Origin: Eukaryota sp. GEM-RC1
Lineage: Eukaryota
Reading direction: 5' to 3'
Length of the DNA: 64,000 nt
Assembly (NCBI GenBank): GCA_040285855.1
Contig: JAUFOQ010000006.1
Span: 434,001-498,000, forward strand
Part shown: one piece after another, positions 57,123 through 64,000 of the stretch
How positions within the stretch are numbered: position 1 is the first letter of the stretch
Layout of the letters: each line of letters begins with the position of its first letter
Translations under genes and position numbers: made by a program
The notes under the pieces: model-generated
Told to the model about the DNA's origin: nothing
Databases searched by the model: none
Seen by the model: only the letters and a program-made list of their open reading frames with translations

Positions 57123-57588
57123 TAAATATTGTTTAATTATGCTGTTCTAATAGCCATTACAGAAGAATTGGTTTCAAGATGCTAGTCGAATATACTTAAT
57201 TAGATCGGTTGGAGCAGCGAAAGGTATACGACAATACTAACTTCACAAAATTTGACTACTGTAGTATTTAATCGCTTAAGATCTCAGATGAGATTGTTAC
57301 AATTCAGTTACTTTTATATTATTAAACCAGAATCAAACAGACAATGTGGTAGAAATGAGTCACTCAGATGCTGTCCAATTTCCCCTTACGGAATGCCCAA
57401 AAGTGTTCACTAATTGGAGGGTCGACTTTTCTTTGTTTTTGTTTGACCTTACGTCGTAGATTGTGTTGTGGTGATGGTATTAGTAAGAATAGCATGTACC
57501 CTCGACAGGTTAGGAGCAATTGGATTGACAAGGTATCAAAAATAGCGATAAGCAGGGGTCAAACAATCCTTTTACACTTACCTCAGCT

Positions 57589-57860
57589 ATGCGTCAGATT
57601 CTTGTTCTGTTCATTCTTCTTGCGCTGTCTGACTGTGCCGTGTATCAAGTCCTCGATCGTTCAATTCGTACTATGAAATACAAGAAAATTACATGCTACA
57701 AAAGAATTTTTTCTGACATGGATTGATGTCTGTGGTACATGCCATTGGTCTACTTTAACATATAGAGCTAACAAAAACATCGGATACATCCAGTTTGGTC
57801 GTGATGGAAGTGGTTGCTCGGTTACCACTGTTTATTCTATCTTTTGGAAGGTGTACTGGT
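57589..57860 (+). pseudogene. Small secreted protein, family copy 4 (degenerate)
   Basis: MRQILVLFILLALSDCAVYQV... and later QFGRDG.GCSVTTV..FWKVY, with deletions and stops. Confidence 0.7.
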
Positions 57861-57955
57861 ATCAGTGGTAAATGGATATGATTCCATCACGGTTTAGCTA
57901 AATTATAACACATCACAAAAAAACATAGTTTACATAACCGAACACCTGATGTGTT

Positions 57956-59358
57956 TAGTGTTGCACCTGGGCTCAGCCCTTTACAATTTAGCCCGCCTGG
58001 GCTAAGGCCTTTTGTTTCAGCCCGCCCAATCAAATAACTAGCCAGCCCAATCAATTAAACATTGATATAGTAGTGTCTAACTTTTTAGCTTATGGTTATT
58101 AAGTTCTTTACATTTGCTATCAGAATAATCAATTTGTTCATAATGACTGGTTGCAATATCAACTATAAATACATGTAAATGTATTTTCGCAAGTATTTAA
58201 GTTCCATTTATTCGAAGCTGTATAGGGGTCATTCTCGTGTTGATGTGGAGAATTTAACTACTTTCATTTTGTGAATTAGTATGTATTGATTTATTGTTGC
58301 AAATAGACTGTATCTCTTTAAATGTATAAACTATATTATTCTACTTCACTTTCTTCATCATCAAGTTCTATTTTGTAAAAAGACATCTCTAAAGAATGTT
58401 TACTCTGAAACTTCCCCTTTAGACATTTCTGAACAAACCAAGCAGGATAAGTACAAGAAACCATTGATGGCTTTAAAACATGTAAAACATGTTCAATACG
58501 AATTATACCCTTTGCTGTTTCCAATTTATGGACGTTTAGGAAAAAGTGCATTGAATTTGTAAAACGATTTCGGAAAAATCGTTAAAATAGGATGAACAAA
58601 CGTTTTGATCATATATTATGGTTGAATCGGATCGTTTTTACTGTTTTTAAAACAATTCCCCTAATCATCTCCAAAGCTTAATTAGTAGTGAGTGAGTTCC
58701 TTTTATGATGACAAAGCTGTTGTAAGGTTTGATAGCGACGGGCGTTGTTTTAATGATATCAAATTTTAGTTGTTTGATCTATTACATCTATAATGAAATA
58801 AAAAGTTCTATTTTAGAGACCTCATTTCTTGTAAAACTTGTTCAAACTCCACTTTCATCCAGGATCTCAATCTCAATACAGCTCTCAAAGACTCAGTGGA
58901 GAGCTGTTTTCGACTTTGGTGAAGTAACAGAAGCAGGAGGTGGTGTGTCATGTGTTATTGTAACGATTTCTTGGCGAGAGGGAATTACAAAGAAAAAAAG
59001 CAAGATTGGGATTTTACTGAAAGAAGATGAATTAGAGTTCATGCAATCTACACTAAGGTACATACACAACAAACAAATTGAATTATGTAATTAGTAGTTG
59101 ATACACAATAGTATCTTTTAACTAATGTAATGACTTTTGGTCAATGGCATAACGATACTTACAAAATTGATACATATATCTACTGTTGATAAATGTTGCA
59201 AAAAAAATTAGAGTTGTATATGGGCTGAAGGGCTGAGCCCAGTGAATTGTCAAGCCGCCCGGGCTTAAGCCATAAACTCTCAAGCCCAGCTCAATTGTAT
59301 TGCAGCCCGCCAGGCTGGGCGGCTGGGCTTGGCTGGGGCTGACATTGGTGCAACACTA
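57956..59358. mobile_element. hAT-type MITE containing non-LTR 3' fragments
   Basis: TIRs TAGTGTTGCACC / GGTGCAACACTA, 8-bp TSD GATGTGTT, subterminal AGCCC/GGGCT repeats. Confidence 0.92.
58187..58805 (+). mobile_element. Two consecutive RLE non-LTR 3' fragments (R2 at ~58187-58308, R1 at ~58370-58805)
   Basis: Match the reverse complements of 47400-47525 and 29100-29368. Translation includes SEQTKQDKYK..YELYPFAVS. Confidence 0.75.
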
Positions 59359-59417
59359 GATGTGTTAGTATCAGAACTGAATTGACAAAGCCCTTTTTCA
59401 AAATAGAAATTAAATCA

Positions 59418-61069
59418 CTACAAAAGTAATAGAGCAATCATTAAAATACCAGCTGTCGCAAAATCAAAAGCTACCATATCATCTCGCTGTTGTCTAACTC
59501 TATCTGGTTGAACTGGAGGTTGTTGGAGATACAAAAGATAAGGAAACAGCTGCTGTGCATGAGATTCATCTAATTGGCTGTACGAAGTTCCAGTAAACTC
59601 AAGCCCTGTCAGGTGTTTGTTCACAAAGGAAACATGTCTGTATATCGGTAGATCTGTGTTTGGATAAGTTTCTAAAGGAATCTGCAGTTCCAAAAGGTAA
59701 GGACAACTTCTCAGCAATGAATCAACAGAGTCCCATTTACAAGAACTAAGTAAAACAGCATTGGAAATGACGAACAGCCTCATTATTGAGGGATGAATAG
59801 CAACAGGACGGGCATTCTTTCCAAAGACAACATTGACTAGATACAGACTCTCCACATGAAACCACTGTTGAGTGAATGCATCAGCAAACTTTTTATAGTA
59901 GAAACAAGGTGAACCATGGACATACAAATACCTCAGTTGTGGCGTTCGCAATCCCAACTCATTGAACACTGAGCGACTCATCGTATGAGGGATCATGATG
60001 TACAACTTTCGAACAGAGTGCGGGATTGCAGATGCAAGACTACGAGCATACTCTTTAGACATACTCAGATTAAGAGAAAGAGAATGGAGGTTGCATTGAT
60101 ACATAAATGCAGCCAATGTTGGGACCAAAGCTGCTCGTTTGACTTCTACCAACTCTAGATGTTTTAATCGTTTGTAGACCTGCATGTCAGTGATTCCCAT
60201 AAGTGGTGTTGTCAAGCAGCTAGTAATTCTAACTTCGCTTTTGAATGGAGGATGCATGATGGCCACGGAAGCATCGCAGAGAGCATTTTGAAGGTCTCTT
60301 GCTAAGAAGCTGCAGCAAAACTTGAAACTATCAGGATCATTAGTTCTAAGATTATCCACATTGTTCGGAATTAACCCCAATCCATAATCCACAGCAACCC
60401 TGGATGAAGTAGGGAGAAATGACGTGTTACGGTGGAGACGGAGTAAGGACACGGATGATGGCAGAGCACGTTGGAGCTCAACTGTTCCATGAACATTGAA
60501 ATCCTTGTCACAGATTTCTAAACAAGTCAAGTGGGGAAATAACTTGTGTTGAAAAAGCAGAAGTAGAACTGGTATTGAGTTTGATCCTGTTACTCGAAGA
60601 GTACGAAGTTCACATTGAAAGTTTCCAAAATGGGTATGTGCCAAGTCATTACACCAAAAGCAAGCAGGAACTCCAGTGAGAGCGTATACATGGTGTAGAC
60701 GTGAAAAGAATTCAATGTTATCGTTGAGAAGCAGCCATTTAGGTTGAATTCCAGGTGGCAAAAGATCACCCGCAAGTGTTGTAGATTTAAACTTCTACAA
60801 ACATGGGAGAAATCTTCAATTGCAGAACCTTCTCTCTTGTAAACGAGGAGAATCGAAGTTAAATATGGGAAAAATTTAATTATTTCATCTATTTCTGATG
60901 GTTTGATACGGAAATACTGGAGATGTAGAGTTCTAGTAGTTTTTAAGGTCTCAGCCAGGGTATAACGGAAGTATGAAGATACTCTTGCAAATTTAATCCT
61001 TGAAGCAGGTGCGCTGTTGTAGAAAATCGATGAAAGGAGAGAAGCTTGAAGCCTAATACGAGGAGACAT
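59418..61069 (-). CDS. Leucine-rich-repeat-like hypothetical protein (frameshift near 60760)
   Basis: Repeated LxxLxL motifs (LRTLRV, FPHLTCLEI, LKHLEL, LHSLSL, PQLRYLYV, CPYLLELQI). Confidence 0.55.
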
Positions 61070-61444
61070 GATGTGAAGATGTGGAGAGATACTCTCTTAA
61101 GAACGATTTAAGAAACCCTTGGATTGTGTTTATAGCATACGATCAATGTTAAATAGCTTTCATGACATTGATTAGATGTAAGTAAACATGTTAAAATTGA
61201 TGTTGTCAAAACAGGGGAGAAAAGATATTTTGGCAGCAGTAAAATAATTCAATTAAAACTTCAATTCTTTTCGTAGATTTACACATGACATTAGTAGAGG
61301 AACAAGACTATGTAATGACTTGAGTTATTGACAATAAATATCTTACAGCAAAAAAAAAGAACCTGACAAAGAATAAATAGAAAGTACAGACTACATTATA
61401 TACACATAAGTGGAAAAAACCATTAATGATGTGATAAACAACCC

Positions 61445-63328
61445 TTAAGGAGACGGTCGGTACTGCTTCAACGCAGAAAGGACAGAAGACAGCGAACTAG
61501 AAGCATCCGAAGGTATAGAGTCAACTAACTCATCTCCAACCAAGGAATCGCCTATATCCAAAGATGACAGAACATCATGAGAAGAAGACGAAGAGGCTTG
61601 GCTGGAAAAGGGAATATCAAAAGATGAAAGAGAATCATCAACGTCAACACTGTCGGTAACCTCTGCAAACTTGGATTTCCACTCATTAGCTAGATCCATC
61701 ACTCGTCTATTCTCCTTAATTAAATTAGAGATATTATCTTGCTGTAGTTTCTTCTCAGATTGCAATCCATTAATTTGGTTCTTCAACTGTTCTACCTCTG
61801 AGACGTGTTTAGATTTCAAAACACTCATTGCATTGGAGAATTCATTCTGGCTCTTTTCAAAGTCTTTTCTCATGGTAGTAACGATAGATTTAAGTCCAGA
61901 GAGGCGATTTAAAAGTTCTTTTTCTCGGCTTCAAGTCTTTTGACAACAGTGTTGGCAGATTTGATTTTGGAAGTTTCCGTTTTCAAATGATCTGTAGTTG
62001 ATTTGAGTTCTTCTATTTCTGAGTGTTGTTGATTGATGACATGTTGAAGGGCTCTACTTTCTTTTCCATTGATTTGTGTTTTGATTTAAAGAGTGCAATC
62101 AATTCTGATTGTGATCTTTCTTGATTGACGTATGCCTTGAGTGTGGATTTTAACTGCTTCAATTGTTCATTTAATTCCACATTGGACTCCATCATCTCCT
62201 TGATTTGACCTTCAGCTTCCGTTTTCAACTTGATTGCTGAATACATTTCTGACTGACACGTAGACAATTCCGATTGACACGAGTTCAATGATTGTTGCAC
62301 CTGCTGAAGTTCTTTGAGGGTCGTCGTGGTAGTCGAAAATTGATCAGACAGTGATTGCTTAGATTCATTTCGTTCTAATCTCAACAAATCATTTTCTTCT
62401 TTTAACTCTTGATTTGACTGTTCTAGATCGAGTAATCCTTGTCGTAAAGAGTCAATTTCCTTTTGAACCGATCACGAATCTTTTCGAGCGAGTTGATTTT
62501 GGACTGATTATCAGAAAGTTGATCGGAGAGGCTACTGATTTCAGCTTTACATTTGTTACATTCTGTTTCAATAGCAAATTTCTCTCTCTTTGCTTCTGAA
62601 ACTTCATCACGAAGCTTGTCACACTCACTATCAATTGATAGCTTTTGTTTGTTAATTTGAGAAAATTCATCGTTTAACTGTGAGATTTGATCTTCTAATT
62701 TTGAATTTTGATTCAAAAGCTCACAATTGGTTTCCTTCTCCTTCAGCAACAAGTCATTCACCTCGTCATTTTGAGCTAAACTAACATCACGTTCCCGAGC
62801 AACACGTGTGAGCTCTTCTTTGGTTTCACTCAACTGATGGATGACGTCATCAATCCTAGTCATCAAATCATGACATTCATTAGTTTTAGCAGAGGTCTCT
62901 GCTTTAGACATTTCAACAACTTTCTTGTGTCCTTCATTTTCGAGCTCAAGGTTGTCAATGACACGGCGTTGTTCCTTTAGTTGGGTGGTTAGCTTTGAGT
63001 TTTCCCTTGATAGATGAGCAATGGTGCGTTCATTTTCAAGGAGGAAGCGTTGTTGGCTATTGATAGAGTCAGACTTAGCTAAGACAGCAGCATCGCGTTC
63101 AGATTTGGAGGTTGCAAGTGAGGCTTTGAGATCGCTGATGTCTGATTCTTTTTGAGATAGGTGATGTTGGAGAGTAGAGAGAGAATCTTCTAGTTTAGTG
63201 ATTTCTTTGTCTCGAGCTTCGATGACACTGATGTTGTGAACAAAATCTGATTCTAGTTGAGATAGTTTTTCTTGTAGAGTAAGAAGATCTTCATTAAGCC
63301 GAACAGCTTCTCGGCATCCACAACTCAT
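61445..63328 (-). CDS. Long coiled-coil protein (split by frameshifts)
   Basis: Collinear heptad-rich ORFs 62423-63328, 62013-62387 and 61445-61873. Confidence 0.7.
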
Positions 63329-63432
63329 TCATAAGAAGATGTATGAGGATGGAAATTCTTTGAATTCTGTCCATCACTGTTGTGTATAACTAGTCTCGTC
63401 TGTATTTCTTCTGTCTATATAAACAAGTAAAT

Positions 63433-63879
63433 ATGTATGACCATAATGATAGTCATGATTGTGAAGCAATGGATAATAGCTTTCTTGATTCTGATGACAG
63501 TCTTGCCTTTGACGAGTCAATAATGGCTCCTTCATCTAAGAACGAATACATCCTTTGGGAAGGGCGTCCCAATGTTGGCATATTTGGTTGGGTTTGTTTT
63601 GGTTTCTTCTTACTGTAGCCACTTCTGACCTATCGTTACATGTTAACAAACAAAATGTTCATAGCCAAAACTGGATGGCTCACACGATCTTACTCTGTTT
63701 TCCCCATTTCTCACATTGCTGGTGTTGAGATGGAATTACGATGTTGTTGTAATGGATCAGCCAACATCATTGTTTTCACAGTATCTCGTCGAAAACAGTA
63801 TCTCGTTATCCGTCGGGTTCGGAATCCATTACATGTTTTTAAATTATTCGAGAAAGCGATTTCAACGCGTACTGTATAG
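63433..63879 (+). CDS. Small membrane protein with a bacterial-PH (bPH_2)-like domain; in-frame TAG at 63616
   Basis: ILWEGRP, a hydrophobic segment, then YMLTNKMFIAKTGWLTR..ISHIAGVE..IRRVRNP. The two ORFs share one frame. Confidence 0.5.
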
Positions 63880-64000
63880 TCGAAAATATTAATGGATCTT
63901 TAAACCATGTAGGACAAGCTGAGTTGTTTAAGATTGCAACAATGTTCACTAATTTGAAAACTGGTTCAACCCCTTTACTTTTCTTTTAAGACTTTCTTTT

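Noticed and set aside
58336..58551. Minus-strand 71-aa ORF
   Set aside because: The plus strand here encodes the recognisable RLE fragment, so this ORF is its shadow.

Overview
AT-rich, apparently intron-poor eukaryotic DNA, probably from a flagellated protist (it carries the axonemal gene CFAP52), and very dense in mobile elements. Main finding: once a nested retrotransposon insertion is removed, 3.8-28.9 kb reassembles into one ~5.6-kb reading frame (~1,850-1,900 aa, with several frameshifts and stops). Its order is: 2A ribosome-skip peptide, two Ulp1/SENP8-like protease domains, poly-Glu, a catalytically dead PolB-type 3'-5' exonuclease domain, a Fanzor1 (TnpB-like RuvC) nuclease with intact D-E-D residues, and a CCHC knuckle. 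A structured omegaRNA-like tail follows, and ~100-bp tandem repeats precede it. The insertion is a Ty3/Gypsy element (91-bp LTRs, TSD CACC). It contains a second Gypsy family (84-bp LTRs, TSD ATTA) and a 6.5-kb tandem duplication. Both Gypsy families have a 12-bp palindrome where the tRNA primer-binding site should be. A three-gene module (unknown X, unknown Y, PIF1 helicase) occurs twice in inverted orientation. Also present: an intact hAT transposon, several hAT/pogo/MULE/CAC-terminal non-autonomous elements with TSDs, 3' fragments of RLE-type non-LTR retrotransposons, a four-copy small secreted protein family, and host genes (CFAP52, TmcB-like, hemolysin-III/PAQR, LRR-like, coiled-coil, bPH_2-like). 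Many frameshifts fall in homopolymers, so some are probably consensus errors. All family assignments are from motif recognition by eye, not database searches.
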